Positions 1 through 10,291 are shown, numbered from the stretch's first letter. The stretch: 64,000 nucleotides of DNA from Tahibacter harae (GCF_024437735.1 NZ_JANFQO010000014.1:1-64000); one strand, 5' to 3'. The notes: generated by a model from the sequence alone, not told the origin. A program made the numbers and translations.

Positions 1-191
1 GACGGATGCGTCGTCGTCCAGCCCGGCACCAGCGCCTCGGATACCTGGAAATAGCAGTTCGACGGCGCCGCACTCGGCAGCTCGAAGCCCAGGTTGACGA
101 AGGTGCGTTGCACCTGGGCCAGCACCGGCACGGCGGCCAGCACGCCCAACACGCCGGCGAGCAGACGCCGGGACACAGTACCACCACGCAT
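1..191 (-). CDS. N-terminal ~63 aa of a secreted protein; the gene continues past the window start
   Basis: Minus-strand ATG at 189-191 preceded by a GGGGGTAAG RBS-like motif. Translation MRGGTVSRRLLAGVLGVLAAVPVLAQVQRTFVNLGFELP... has a typical signal peptide. Absent from the ORF track because there is no in-window stop. Confidence 0.4.
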   Translation of the reverse strand, partial: MRGGTVSRRLLAGVLGVLAAVPVLAQVQRTFVNLGFELPSAAPSNCYFQVSEALVPGWTTTHP

Positions 192-1195
192 GGCTTACCC
201 CCTGAAAAATCGGCCACGCACATCCAGTGCGTGGTCCGCATCCACTGCGATGACAGAAGCAAACCTCTCAGCCTGCTCTGTCTCCGGCGGCATCGGCACC
301 AGTCCACGGACCGGCGCCCATGACGCCATCTCTGCCTTGCAGCCACCAACTCGGCCCGCCGGGCGGCCGGCACTTTGTTTTCCTTACGACGGACCAGACA
401 TGCTTTCCCCCCGAAAGAGATCGGTGGACCGAACCGTTCCACGACGCCTGGCCACGACACAATCCCGAACCGGATCGACGAAAGCGGAAAATCGGAGCCG
501 AACCAGACCGACCGGAACCAGTGAAGGAAGCGGGGCTGGAAAAGCAATTAAGGAACCACCGCCAACACCGCACACGTTTGATGCGGCGATCGCAACGACC
601 GGTGTATTGCAACGCATCGCTGTCTCGCCGATGGCGACAGCGGTCTGGTTGAAGTGAGCATTCGGCGCCCGGGCGGGAGCGGTGCCGTAGGTACGGCAGG
701 CGCCGACAAACCATTGCCGGCGTCGGGCCGGCGCTGCGACAAACTACGATCCTTGCGGGATCGCCCGATGTCCTGGGTGAGGTTACATCCTGAGACGGAC
801 AAGCGTAAAGCGAAGTTCACGCCTGACCGAAAAATTCCCTGCCTCACAAAAACTCACACCCGCTGCGTATGCCAGGGCGTGCAAGCAGTCGGCGCGATAA
901 AGGCGCGCACACAACACTGAAGAGAAACTCGGCAGACACACCCGAATTGCGCAAAACTCCGATACTCGCGCTCAAACGACAACGGTGTCTTTCGGGTGCA
1001 GCGCTGTCGAAAAAAAAAAAGACCCCCTTCAACAAGACACCCGCTGTCGCCCTCAGACCGCCGGACAGATCAAAGACCACGGCCGGCGCCGGCGATCGTA
1101 TCGGCAGCCCGACGCCAAGCAAGCGGCGATGCGGCATAAGCCATCCGAACCGACAGCAATCGATGCTTCCGCCGGCACAGGGCGCTGCCGGCAGT

Positions 1196-4100
1196 TCAAC
1201 TCTTGCCCAGGCGCTTGACCAACATATCCAGACTGGTCCGCACCGTACGCACCTGTTCCCACATGTCATGGTCCAGCGTCATCTTGTGATGCAGTGCGGA
1301 GACCAGGGGCAACAGGGTTTCCTCGTAGGCCTTGGCCATGCGCGCCAGCGTCTCGTTCAGTGCCGGCGGCATTTCCAGGCGCGGCTCGCGCTGCAGGCTG
1401 GTCTGGATATCGGCCAGGCTGCGCAGGGCCTCCAGCGCGCCCAGCGCGTCGCCCAGGCCCTGGCTGTGGGCGCCCTGTTTTTCCAGCTGCACGGCGATCT
1501 CGGCCAGGGTCTGCGCCATGCGCGTGGCGCCGTCGGCGTCCTTGCCCCCCTGCTTGGCAAGGCGGCGGAAGTTTTCCACTAGTTCGTTCCACCGCGCCTG
1601 CTCGGCAGCATCCGGCGCGCCGATCAGCTGCGACAGCTTGAGCAGGTTTTCTTCGGCGCGGGCGCCCAGGGTCTGGGCTTCGCCGCGGTAATGGTCGCGG
1701 ATCAGCGAATCGAGTTCCGCGGGCGTCAGCAGTGGGCTGAGCTGGGCGGCAAGCTTGACCATGTTGCGATAGCTGCCCTGCAGCTTGAACGGCGGTTCGC
1801 TGCGGTAGGCGTCGTCCTGGGCGGCACTGGCGACATAGGCGGCGTTGACGCGCATCAGCACGTCGCGCACGCCGACCATGCGGCGCACCAGCTCCAGCAT
1901 TTCCAGGCCGCCGGGCAGTTCGGCCGGGATTTCTTCCTCGCCGCCACGCGCGGCACGCAGCACGGCCTGAATTTCCGTGCGCGGCCGCTCGGCCAGCGGC
2001 GCGCTGAGCGGGTTGGCGGTCAGCGCGTTCTCGATGTAACTGTCGGCGAACAGCGCCTCGCGCCCGCTCAGCACATCGCCGAGGTTGTAGACATCGGCAC
2101 GGTTGGCCAGCATGTCGGGAATGCGGAACACCTCGCCGGATTCGGTATACGGATTGCCCGCCATCACCAGGGCGAAGCGCTTGCCGCGCAGATCCAGCGT
2201 GCGCGCCTCGCCGTCGATCACGGCATCGATGCGCCGGGTACCGTCGGCCAGGCTGATGAACTTCTGCAGGAACTCGGCCGAGAGGTGCTGGATGTCGTCC
2301 AGGTACAGCATCACGTTCACGCCCATGGCGAGACCGAGGTTGAGCTTGACCAGTTCCTCCGCCGCGCCGCGCTGGCTCACGCTGGCCGGATCCAGCGAAT
2401 TGACCTCGTGGCCCAGGGTCGGCCCGTTCACGCGCACGAAGATCATGCCGAGGCGGTCGGCGATGTATTCCATCAGCGTGGTCTTGCCGTAGCCCGGCGG
2501 CGAGATCAGCAGCAGCAGGCCGGAACGGTCGCTGCGCGCGTCGCCGACGCTGCCGATCTGCTTGGCCAGGTTGTTGCCGATCAGCGGCAGGTAGACCTCG
2601 TCGATCAGGCGGTTGCGCACGAAGCCGGCCATGGGCTTGGCCAGGAAGCGGTCCAGGCCCAGGCGGCGGCGTTCGTCCTCGACCAGGCCGTGGCGCAGGC
2701 GGGCAAAATCGTGCCAGGCGCGCTCGCCGTTTTCCGCGTGCGCGGCGAGGCGGGAGAGGAACTCGGGCAGGTCCAGCCGCAGCACGCCATCGCGCAGGCG
2801 CGCATGGGCGCCGCGCAGGCCGCTCACGTCCACCGCCAGTTCGGCATTGATGCGTTCGCGCGGCAGATCGGCGAAAGCGAGGATGGCGCCGGCTTCCAGC
2901 GCCACGTCGGGCTGCTCCGGCGCCAGGCGCGCGCACCACTGGCGTGCCAGGTCCAGGCGCTCGGCGGCGGAGAGTTCGGACTGCAATGCGGCCAGCGCGC
3001 TGCGCGGCAGTTCGCTGCCCGCACGCGCCGCCAGATCCAGCGCAGCGGAATGCGCGGCGAACTGGGCGCGCTCGCCGCCGAGGCTGGCAACCAGGTGCCG
3101 CGCCGCCGTCTGCGCCTGCGCTTCGCTGGCGGCGAAGCCCAGTTGCTGCGCGCAGCTCTGCAGGCCGCTCAGCCAGCTCGCCGGCAGCGGTACGGCTTCC
3201 TCGCGCTGCAGGAACCAGTGCAAGCCGGCGGCGTGCGCGCGCAGCGCGGCCTGGGCCTGTTCGCGCTGCGCCGCGTACCAGGCCTGGGCCAGCACGCGCG
3301 CCGCAGCGGGCTGGCGCAGTTCGCCCGCAGCCACGGACAGGCGCGCGAGTTCGCGCAGGATGGCGGCGGCGTCCACATCGTGCACGCCGCGCTGGTAATC
3401 CTCGCTGGGACGGCGCTGGGCTTCGGCCGCGACAGCATCGATGAGCACCTGCGCATCGGCGGCGCGCAGCGCGTCACGCAGGGCTGCATCGCCGGCTTCG
3501 ATGCGGCGCCACAGTAGCGCGGCAAGGAATTCGGCGCGGTAGATCTGCGCGGTTTCGTTGGGCAGCGGCTGGCCCCAGACGCTGCGGTAATTTTCGGCGC
3601 GCGCGTCCTGCACGCGGCGGCGGTAGTCGGTACCGGTGAGCTGCAGCGCAAGGCCGTCGCTGTCGTGCAGCAGGGCCAGATCCAGCGTGCCGCGTTCGAT
3701 GCTGAAGCGATGCCGCCCCAGCGCCAGCGCGGCGCCGCTGGTGCCCAGCTCGTTGCGGTCGCGCAGATCGCGCAGGCCGGCTTCCTTCAGCGCGCGCAGG
3801 CGGCCGGCCAGTTCGTCGGCGGCCACGGCCTGGCCTATGCCGCGCAATTCCTCCAGCTGGCGCTGGGCGCGTTCGATCAGGGTGTCGCCGGCGAAGAAGG
3901 CGTGCAGCTCCTCGGCCACGCCGATCTTGGCCACGCGCCGCGGCACGCCGTCGAGCACGCGGCCTATGGCTTCCTTCAGCGCCTGGGCGCGCTTGTCGCG
4001 CTGGCCGGCGATCTGCTCGCGCCGCGCGGCAAAGGCTTCCAGCGCGCTTTCCCGGCGCGAGGTGAGTTCGACCAGGAAATCCGGCTGCTCGCCGAAGCGC

Positions 4101-6274
4101 GCTTCCAGCTGTTCGATCTGGCTCAGCACCTGGGCCAGGCCGGCATCGGCGCTTTCCGGCGTGTCGCAGCGGCCGAGCAGGTTGAGCACGGACTGCTCCA
4201 GCACCGTGAGCTGGGCGCCGAACTCCAGGCCCTGTTCCTGCACCAGCAAGGTTTCGCGGCGCGCGCGCAAGGCGGCGCGGATGCGGTTGACCTCGGCGTA
4301 GAGCTGCGAGGTTTCGCCGAGCAGCGCGGCGCGCTGCTGCGCGTCGCTCTGCTCGAAACCGGCGATCAGTTCGGACAGGCCATCCAGCGATTCGGCCAGC
4401 GCATCGAGCTTCTCCGCCACCGGCGCCAGCGCCGCGGTGGTGCGCGCATCGTTGACCGCCGCGGCACTGTCGGCCAGACCCTGGCGCAGCGTGGCGAAGG
4501 CGGCCGGGTCGGCGAAGAATTTCAGCGCACGCGCGCCGATGCGCTCCAGTTCCTCGCGCAGGCGCGCATCCAGCGCGGCGATGGCGGCGCCGTCCACATG
4601 CGGCTGTTCGCCCATCACGGTGAGTTCGCCGCGCTTGCGCTTGAGTTGGCGGATGGCGTCGGTGAAATCGTCGGGCTTCTGCCACAGCAGGCTGGCCACG
4701 CGCGAGAGCAGCTCGGCCACGGTCTTGCCGGCGGCGGCGACCAGCTGGGCCGCTTCGTTCTGCGCGCGCTCCAGTTTCTCGTAGGCGTTCAGCGCCTCGC
4801 GGCCGCTGCGCGCCAGCGTCGCGACTTCGCTGCCGATATCGCCGACTTCGGCCTCGCCCAGCCAGGGATAGGCGTCGCTGCAGCGCGCCGCCACGCGCAG
4901 CAGGCGCTCGTAGGCGCCGCGGCTGCCGGTGTCCTCGGCCAGGCGGCGCAGTTCGCGCAGTTCGGCCAGGGCGCGCACCACGGTCGCATTGCCCAGGCGG
5001 CCGAGCAGGCCGGCCACGCGCGGCTGTGCGCTGGCGTATTCCTCGAACGCGAACGGCGTGCGCCACAGCTGCATGGTGTGCAGGCGCGAGGCCTGGTCCG
5101 GCGCTTCAGGCGTAATCAGCAGCACGCGGCCGTCGGCAAAGCGCGCGTAGCCGTTGCCCAATAGCGGCTGGCTCATGCTGCGTTCGATCAGGTTGTAGGA
5201 CAGCAGCGCATAGCTGCCGCCGACCGGCTCGTAGAACACGTACAGCATGTCCTCGCCGCTGGGCGCGCGCAGATGGCGCTTGATGCGGTAGCCGGAGAAA
5301 TCATGGCCCAGTTCGGCGAAGCGCTTGAAGTCGCCGGATTCCAGGTAGTAGCCGCCCGGGAAAACCAGGCCATGGTCTTCCGGCAGCTGCAGGCAGGAGG
5401 CGCCGATCTCGTCGATGCGCACCACCGACTTGAGCCGCTTGTTGAACACCAGGTAGCGCGTGGTGTCCTCGCGGTACGGCTTCACGCGCAGCAGGATCAG
5501 GCTGCGCAGGTCGGCGTAGGCGACTTCCGCGTCAGCCAGCGACTGGTTCCTGTCCTCGACCGGCTCGCTGTAGATGCCCAGCCCGGTCTCGGTATTGTTT
5601 TCCACCTTTATCGTCAAATCGCCGGCGACGGTCTCGACGAAGACGCTGTCCAGCACGTTGATGTGCGGATGCCGTCCCAGCACATACTGCTCGCGCGTTA
5701 CCGGCGTCCATTCGAAATCGTGGCTGGGCGGCAGCACGTGCTCGCGGTCGCCGCGGTTGTCGATGTAGCTGACCTTGCCGTCGCGCTCGATGGCGAAGCG
5801 GAACACGCGCTTGTCGCCGGCCTGGGAGCCGGTGCGGAACACCAGCAGCAGGCGCTCGTCCAGCACGCGCAGCTGGTCCAGCGTGGTGGCGCGGTAATAG
5901 GTGAACAGTTCGCGGAAATCCGCCGCGAAGCGCGCATCGGCAAGGAAGGAGCCTTCCAGCGGCAGCGGCACCAGTTCCTGCCCTTCCGCGCCCTCGTCCA
6001 GGCGGTAAAGGCAGAACACGTCGCCGACCGCAGTTTCCTTCTTCAGTCCGATGAACACGTTGTAGCCGAACAGCAGCACCTCGCCGACGCGCACGATATC
6101 GCGCGCGACGCAGTTGTTTTCGGTGCGTGCGGCCAGGCGCGCTGCCAGGCGCGATTCGACCCGGCCGAAGGCCTCCACGCGCCGGGCGTTGAGCGCCTCG
6201 GCCTTGCCGTGCAGGGTCTCGGCCGCGGCGACCAGGCGCTTGCGCAGCAGTTCAAAGGTGGCGGAATCGGACAT
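1196..6274 (-). CDS. Giant (~1692 aa) protein with a MoxR/McrB-type AAA+ ATPase core; last gene of the flotillin operon; function unknown
   Basis: Long ORF 1196..6376, start trimmed to the ATG at 6272-6274 (MSDSATFELLRK...) with an AAGGGA RBS. Walker A LLLISPPGYGKTTLMEY, Walker B MLYLDDIQH and a sensor-1-like VMAGNPYTE are in the C-proximal third. A long A/L/R/E-rich helical region precedes them. The N-terminal ~450 aa has ordinary composition and no recognised domain. Confidence 0.8.
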   Translation of the reverse strand: MSDSATFELLRKRLVAAAETLHGKAEALNARRVEAFGRVESRLAARLAARTENNCVARDIVRVGEVLLFGYNVFIGLKKETAVGDVFCLYRLDEGAEGQELVPLPLEGSFLADARFAADFRELFTYYRATTLDQLRVLDERLLLVFRTGSQAGDKRVFRFAIERDGKVSYIDNRGDREHVLPPSHDFEWTPVTREQYVLGRHPHINVLDSVFVETVAGDLTIKVENNTETGLGIYSEPVEDRNQSLADAEVAYADLRSLILLRVKPYREDTTRYLVFNKRLKSVVRIDEIGASCLQLPEDHGLVFPGGYYLESGDFKRFAELGHDFSGYRIKRHLRAPSGEDMLYVFYEPVGGSYALLSYNLIERSMSQPLLGNGYARFADGRVLLITPEAPDQASRLHTMQLWRTPFAFEEYASAQPRVAGLLGRLGNATVVRALAELRELRRLAEDTGSRGAYERLLRVAARCSDAYPWLGEAEVGDIGSEVATLARSGREALNAYEKLERAQNEAAQLVAAAGKTVAELLSRVASLLWQKPDDFTDAIRQLKRKRGELTVMGEQPHVDGAAIAALDARLREELERIGARALKFFADPAAFATLRQGLADSAAAVNDARTTAALAPVAEKLDALAESLDGLSELIAGFEQSDAQQRAALLGETSQLYAEVNRIRAALRARRETLLVQEQGLEFGAQLTVLEQSVLNLLGRCDTPESADAGLAQVLSQIEQLEARFGEQPDFLVELTSRRESALEAFAARREQIAGQRDKRAQALKEAIGRVLDGVPRRVAKIGVAEELHAFFAGDTLIERAQRQLEELRGIGQAVAADELAGRLRALKEAGLRDLRDRNELGTSGAALALGRHRFSIERGTLDLALLHDSDGLALQLTGTDYRRRVQDARAENYRSVWGQPLPNETAQIYRAEFLAALLWRRIEAGDAALRDALRAADAQVLIDAVAAEAQRRPSEDYQRGVHDVDAAAILRELARLSVAAGELRQPAAARVLAQAWYAAQREQAQAALRAHAAGLHWFLQREEAVPLPASWLSGLQSCAQQLGFAASEAQAQTAARHLVASLGGERAQFAAHSAALDLAARAGSELPRSALAALQSELSAAERLDLARQWCARLAPEQPDVALEAGAILAFADLPRERINAELAVDVSGLRGAHARLRDGVLRLDLPEFLSRLAAHAENGERAWHDFARLRHGLVEDERRRLGLDRFLAKPMAGFVRNRLIDEVYLPLIGNNLAKQIGSVGDARSDRSGLLLLISPPGYGKTTLMEYIADRLGMIFVRVNGPTLGHEVNSLDPASVSQRGAAEELVKLNLGLAMGVNVMLYLDDIQHLSAEFLQKFISLADGTRRIDAVIDGEARTLDLRGKRFALVMAGNPYTESGEVFRIPDMLANRADVYNLGDVLSGREALFADSYIENALTANPLSAPLAERPRTEIQAVLRAARGGEEEIPAELPGGLEMLELVRRMVGVRDVLMRVNAAYVASAAQDDAYRSEPPFKLQGSYRNMVKLAAQLSPLLTPAELDSLIRDHYRGEAQTLGARAEENLLKLSQLIGAPDAAEQARWNELVENFRRLAKQGGKDADGATRMAQTLAEIAVQLEKQGAHSQGLGDALGALEALRSLADIQTSLQREPRLEMPPALNETLARMAKAYEETLLPLVSALHHKMTLDHDMWEQVRTVRTSLDMLVKRLGKS

Positions 6275-6463
6275 GGCTATCCCTTGCTGGGCTGCGGCTT
6301 TCGCGGCGGTGGTTGCGCGGCGAAGGCCGGCGGGAAACAGCATCTGGCCGGAACCGCGCCGCCCGGGCGCCGGCACCTGCGGCGCGCGGCCGCGGGGCTT
6401 CCGGCATTCCCGTCACGGCCGCGCGCCGGCGCAGACCTCAGCGTTGCGCGGCAGCGGCGCCGT

Positions 6464-8518
6464 TCACGCGCCGTCGCCGCTCAGGCGCTTGAGCGTCTCC
6501 ACGTCGCCGTGGCGTCCGGAGGCGGTGAGCTTCTGCATCAGCCCGGCGATGGAAAGATCGCGCACCGCATCGGCGCCGCCCAGCGCGGCGATCAGCTCAC
6601 GCGCATCGGCGATCAGGTCGCGCTTGCCGGCCTTGTGCTCGGCCAGGGCGGTGCTGAGCAGGTCGCTCTTGTCGACGGTGCCGTCGATGGCCTTGCCCAG
6701 GCTCAGGCTGCGCATGAAGCGCTCGAAGTATTCGCCGTCGCCGCCGACAATCTCGATCTTGGCCGCACCCAGCGCCTTGGACAGCACTTCGGCCTGCTCG
6801 CGCGCGATGGCCTGGTTGGCCTCGATGCTCTTGAGGCGCTGCGCGTGCGCGTAGTCCAGCTGCATGCGCTGTTCCTCGTGGGCGCGCGTGTCGGCGCTCA
6901 TCGCCTGCATGGCTTCAAACTTGTCCTTGAGGCCGCCGGCTTCGGCCGCGAAGCGCGCGGCGATCGCCGCGGCTTCGGCTTCGCCGTACTTGAGCTTGCC
7001 GCTGGCTTCGGCTTCCAGCTTCAGGCGCAGCGCCTCGGCCGTGGCCGCGCCCTGCTTGGAGATGGCGTCGGCCTCGGCGATCTGCACCTTGGCCGAGACC
7101 ATGCCGGCCTTCTCGTCCGCATCGGCCTTGGCCAGGGCGACCTTGGCGGCGGCCAGTCCGCTCGCGGCGGCCAGCGCCTCCACGCCTTCGGCTTCGCGCT
7201 TCTTGCCTTCGGCGGTCTTGCTGGCGATGGCCAGGCGCGCCTCGGCCATGGTGAGTTCCTCGGACGCCTTGTGCTTGGCGCGCTGCTCGTCGGCCAGCGC
7301 GGTCTTCACTTCGGTGATGAACTTTTCTTCCGCCTGGCCTTCGGCCAGCACGATGGTGCTCTTCTTGGTGCGCTCGGCCTCGGACAGGGTGCGCAGGTTC
7401 TTGATCTCTTCTTCCTGCTCGGCCACGGTGCGCTCGACCACGATGCGCTCGCGGATCACGTCGGCGATGGCCTTCTTCTGCACTTCGACGGCTTTTTCCT
7501 TTTCTATGCGCTGCAGCGTGACTTCGCGCTCGCGGTCGACCACTTCCAGCTCGCGCGCGCGGGTGACTTTCTCTTCCTCGATGGCGACGGCGCGCTGGCG
7601 GTTCTTCTCCGCCACCTCGGCCTCGCGCTTCATGTTCTCGGTCTGCACCGCGATCTGCTGTTCGGCCAGCAGGCGCGCCGCCTCGGCCTTGGCGCGCTCT
7701 TCGGAGGCGACCTTGGCCGCCTCGGCTTCCTCACGCGCGCGGGTGATGGCGATTTCGCGCTGCTGGTTGGCTTCGGCATGGGCCTTCTGCCGTTCCAGCT
7801 CCAGCACGGCCTCGGCCGTCTCCACGTCCTTCTTCTTGATGCGCATTTCCTCGTTGCGGCGCAGCTCGTTGGTGAACACGTTCTGCTCGGCGGTGAGCTC
7901 GGTGATCTTCTTGATGCCCTGGGCGTCGAGGATGTTGTGCGGATCGAGCTTTTCCAGCGGAGTCTGCTCAAGGTAGTCGATGGCGGCATCCTCCAGCACA
8001 TAGCCCGAGAGTTCATCGCCGATCTGGCGCACGATCTGGTCGCGGAAGCGGTCGCGCGCCTCGTACAGGTCGACGAAGTCCATGGCCTTGCCCACGGTCT
8101 TGAGCGCTTCGGAGAACTTGGCGCTGAACAGGTCTTCCAGCGTGGCCTGGTTGCTGGCGCGCTCGCAGCCTATGCCCTGGGCCACGCGCAGCACGTCCTC
8201 GCGGGTCTTGTTGACGCGCACGAAGAATTTCACCTTGATGTCGGCGCGCATGTTGTCCTTGCAGATCAGGCCTTCCTTGCCCATGCGCTCGATCTCGATG
8301 GTCTTGAGCGAAATATCCATCACCTCGCGCCGGTGCAGCACCGGAATGACCAGGCGGCCGGTGAAGGTCACTTCCGGCTCGGCGCGCATGGTGTTGACGA
8401 TCATGGCGCGGCCCTGGTCGACCTTTTGATAGAACTTGGCCACGACGGCCATCAGGGCGAGCACGGCGAGGGCGACGAGCACGACGACGACGATCAGCGT
8501 GGTGACTGTGATATCCAT
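6464..8518 (-). CDS. Flotillin / SPFH (band 7) domain protein, YqiK-like
   Basis: ATG at 8516-8518. N-terminal TM helix (TLIVVVVLVALAVLALMAVV), an SPFH domain, then a very long E/A/K/R-rich coiled coil and a flotillin-type C-terminus. Sits directly downstream of an NfeD-like gene, as yqiJ-yqiK does in E. coli. Confidence 0.9.
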   Translation of the reverse strand: MDITVTTLIVVVVLVALAVLALMAVVAKFYQKVDQGRAMIVNTMRAEPEVTFTGRLVIPVLHRREVMDISLKTIEIERMGKEGLICKDNMRADIKVKFFVRVNKTREDVLRVAQGIGCERASNQATLEDLFSAKFSEALKTVGKAMDFVDLYEARDRFRDQIVRQIGDELSGYVLEDAAIDYLEQTPLEKLDPHNILDAQGIKKITELTAEQNVFTNELRRNEEMRIKKKDVETAEAVLELERQKAHAEANQQREIAITRAREEAEAAKVASEERAKAEAARLLAEQQIAVQTENMKREAEVAEKNRQRAVAIEEEKVTRARELEVVDREREVTLQRIEKEKAVEVQKKAIADVIRERIVVERTVAEQEEEIKNLRTLSEAERTKKSTIVLAEGQAEEKFITEVKTALADEQRAKHKASEELTMAEARLAIASKTAEGKKREAEGVEALAAASGLAAAKVALAKADADEKAGMVSAKVQIAEADAISKQGAATAEALRLKLEAEASGKLKYGEAEAAAIAARFAAEAGGLKDKFEAMQAMSADTRAHEEQRMQLDYAHAQRLKSIEANQAIAREQAEVLSKALGAAKIEIVGGDGEYFERFMRSLSLGKAIDGTVDKSDLLSTALAEHKAGKRDLIADARELIAALGGADAVRDLSIAGLMQKLTASGRHGDVETLKRLSGDGA

Positions 8519-8656
8519 GGCGCTGGCTCCGGCAACAAGTGGTATGCGTTTACGTCAGGTTTTTTCTGCGCGCCGTGCAGGGCGTGCAAGGGATGAGGCG
8601 GCACCGCGGCCCGCCGGCGTTCCTGCATGAACGCCGCAGCGGGTGGTTTGCGAACG

Positions 8657-9280
8657 TCAGGGCGGATCGAATTCGGCCACCAGGTAACGCTTGCGTCCGG
8701 CATCGAAGTCGATGATCAGTGCCTGCGCATCGCGCGCCAATCGGTTGGGGACGCTGGCGTAGACCTGCAGGGTCAGGCGGGTGCCGTCGCCCATGTCCAC
8801 CTCGGCCTGGCCGAAATTCTCCTCCACGCTCAGGGTCAGGATGCGGCAGCGCTTGCCCAGGGCCGATTCCCGCGTCGCCGGAGCATTCACGGCAAACAGC
8901 GGCTTGAGGGGCCGCAGCGAGAACGCGGCGAGGAATACCGCGGCGACCAGCGCCGCCGCCAGCAGCACGGTGCCGCCCAGCCATACCGGCAGCGGCACCA
9001 GCGGCAGCAGCAGGTTCGCCGCGAGCATGGTCAGCAGCCACCAGTACAGGCCGATGGCACTGATCACGATGGAGAACGGCAGGCGGTCGAAACCCAGGGC
9101 GAGCACGGTCTCGGGCAGGCCGTCGACATCGCCGGCGTCATGGCCGCCTATCCAGTCCGGGCCCACGCTGTCGAAATCCAGCAGGCCGACGATGGCGGCC
9201 AGCCAGAACACCAGCAGCACGCCGATCAGGATGCTGGGCACGAAGGCCGGATACTGGGTCAGCAATTGGATAAAGCTCAT
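8657..9280 (-). CDS. NfeD/YqiJ-like membrane protein (TM helices plus a C-terminal OB-fold-like beta domain)
   Basis: ATG at 9278-9280. About three N-terminal TM segments and a C-terminal beta-rich segment (GKRCRILTLSVEENFGQAEVDMGDGTRLTLQVY...). Placement immediately upstream of the flotillin gene matches the NfeD-flotillin pairing. Confidence 0.7.
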   Translation of the reverse strand: MSFIQLLTQYPAFVPSILIGVLLVFWLAAIVGLLDFDSVGPDWIGGHDAGDVDGLPETVLALGFDRLPFSIVISAIGLYWWLLTMLAANLLLPLVPLPVWLGGTVLLAAALVAAVFLAAFSLRPLKPLFAVNAPATRESALGKRCRILTLSVEENFGQAEVDMGDGTRLTLQVYASVPNRLARDAQALIIDFDAGRKRYLVAEFDPP

Positions 9281-9633
9281 GACTTCACGGTCCTCTTGCC
9301 GGAACGGGTCTTGCGGTGTTTTTCTGCGAACGCGACCAGCGCGGCGCCGACGCGCTCCTTGATGGCCAGGTGATCCCCCGGGTCCAGACCATAGCGCGCG
9401 GCGAGCAGTTTGTAGTCATCCTCGCTCAGGCTCACGGTCAGGCGCGGCCGCTTGGCCTGGCGCAGCAGCGGCAGGCCAAGCACCACGCGCACCTGGTCGG
9501 AATTGGACAGGTTGGCCTCGTAGGCGGCCGCGCGCACCGCCTGCAGCACGGCCTCGGTCACGTCGAAGGCCACCTGGACGGCGCGCAAGGCGGGCTGCGA
9601 GGAACGCCAGCGGCTGGGCAGCTCAGTCTTCAT
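9277..9633 (-). CDS. Hypothetical 118-aa protein (possible RHH-like DNA-binding or adaptor protein)
   Basis: Internal ATG at 9631-9633 (MKTELPSRWRSS...). The upstream part of ORF 9277..9867 is Pro/Arg-rich junk. Overlaps the upstream gene by 11 nt and the NfeD gene by 4 nt, implying translational coupling. Protein composition looks globular. Confidence 0.5.
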   Translation of the reverse strand: MKTELPSRWRSSQPALRAVQVAFDVTEAVLQAVRAAAYEANLSNSDQVRVVLGLPLLRQAKRPRLTVSLSEDDYKLLAARYGLDPGDHLAIKERVGAALVAFAEKHRKTRSGKRTVKS

Positions 9634-10282
9634 CGCGCCTGCCTGGCCGCCGCGGCGGCAGTTTTTCCAGCGCGGCCAGTACGCGGCTGGTGCGGGCGCG
9701 GCGGAAGCCCTTGGGGGCGGGATTCGGGATTGGGGATTCGGGATCGGAAGGCGATGGCTCCGGCCTGGCCTTCTTCTTCGTGCTGACGGAGCCGGGCTTG
9801 GCGGCGGCCGGCCGGGTGGACGCGGGCCTGGCAACCGCGCGTGTGGCGCGGCGGCGCGCGACGGCATCGGTGGCCTGGCCCAGGGTGCTGGCGGCGCGGG
9901 CCATGTCCAGGTCGTGGTCCAGTTCGCGCAACTGGCGGCTGACTTCGTCGTGCAGCAGGTCGAGCTGGGCCAGGTGGGCCTGGAAGCCGCCGGCCAGGCC
10001 GCTGTCGCGGGCGATGGCGCGGGACAGGTCGAGCAGGCGGGCGTGGTAGCGCGGATGCGGCTGCGGCGCGCGGGTCAGCGCCTCCAGCTGGGCCTGGGCA
10101 CGGGCCAGGCGGCGCGCGACGGTCTCGGCGCGGCCGCGGGCCTGGGCCAGTTCGCGCGCGGTGCGGCTGAGCAGCTGGCGGGCCTGGCGCAGCGGTGCCG
10201 GCGCCGCCTCCGGCGCGGACCGGGCCGGGGTTGCGCCCAGGTCCTGGCGCAGCATGTCGCGGATGTCGTCCCACCAGGCCAT
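9623..10282 (-). CDS. Coiled-coil protein, tentatively PspA/IM30 (ESCRT-III-like) family, with a low-complexity heptamer-encoded C-terminal tail
   Basis: ATG at 10280-10282. Residues ~30-140 are heptad-rich and predicted helical (ARGRAETVARRLARAQAQLEALTR...). The E. coli yjfI-yjfJ (pspA-like) pair has the same arrangement with the upstream gene. The C-terminus (SDPESPIPNPAPKG) is encoded by the GGGATTC-type repeat at 9716-9747. The family call is weak. Confidence 0.5.
   Translation of the reverse strand: MAWWDDIRDMLRQDLGATPARSAPEAAPAPLRQARQLLSRTARELAQARGRAETVARRLARAQAQLEALTRAPQPHPRYHARLLDLSRAIARDSGLAGGFQAHLAQLDLLHDEVSRQLRELDHDLDMARAASTLGQATDAVARRRATRAVARPASTRPAAAKPGSVSTKKKARPEPSPSDPESPIPNPAPKGFRRARTSRVLAALEKLPPRRPGRRDED
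9716..9747. repeat. Imperfect GGGATTC heptamer repeat inside a coding region
   Basis: gggattcgggattggggattcgggatcgg. Same unit as the intergenic arrays at 34794-34868 and 34988-35013. Confidence 0.6.
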
Positions 10283-10291
10283 GGCAGTTCC

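Noticed and set aside
1266-5164. ORFs 1266..2939(-), 1691..3517(+), 3474..5066(-), 3665..5164(+)
   Set aside because: Embedded within the 1692-aa AAA+ gene in other frames or on the other strand. Extreme Arg/Pro/Gly bias.
9630-10274. Alternative-frame 214-aa ORF on the same strand as the PspA-like gene
   Set aside because: Pro/Gly/Arg-rich (PGPGRNPGPVRAGGG...). The 9623..10282 frame has coiled-coil composition and a proper ATG.
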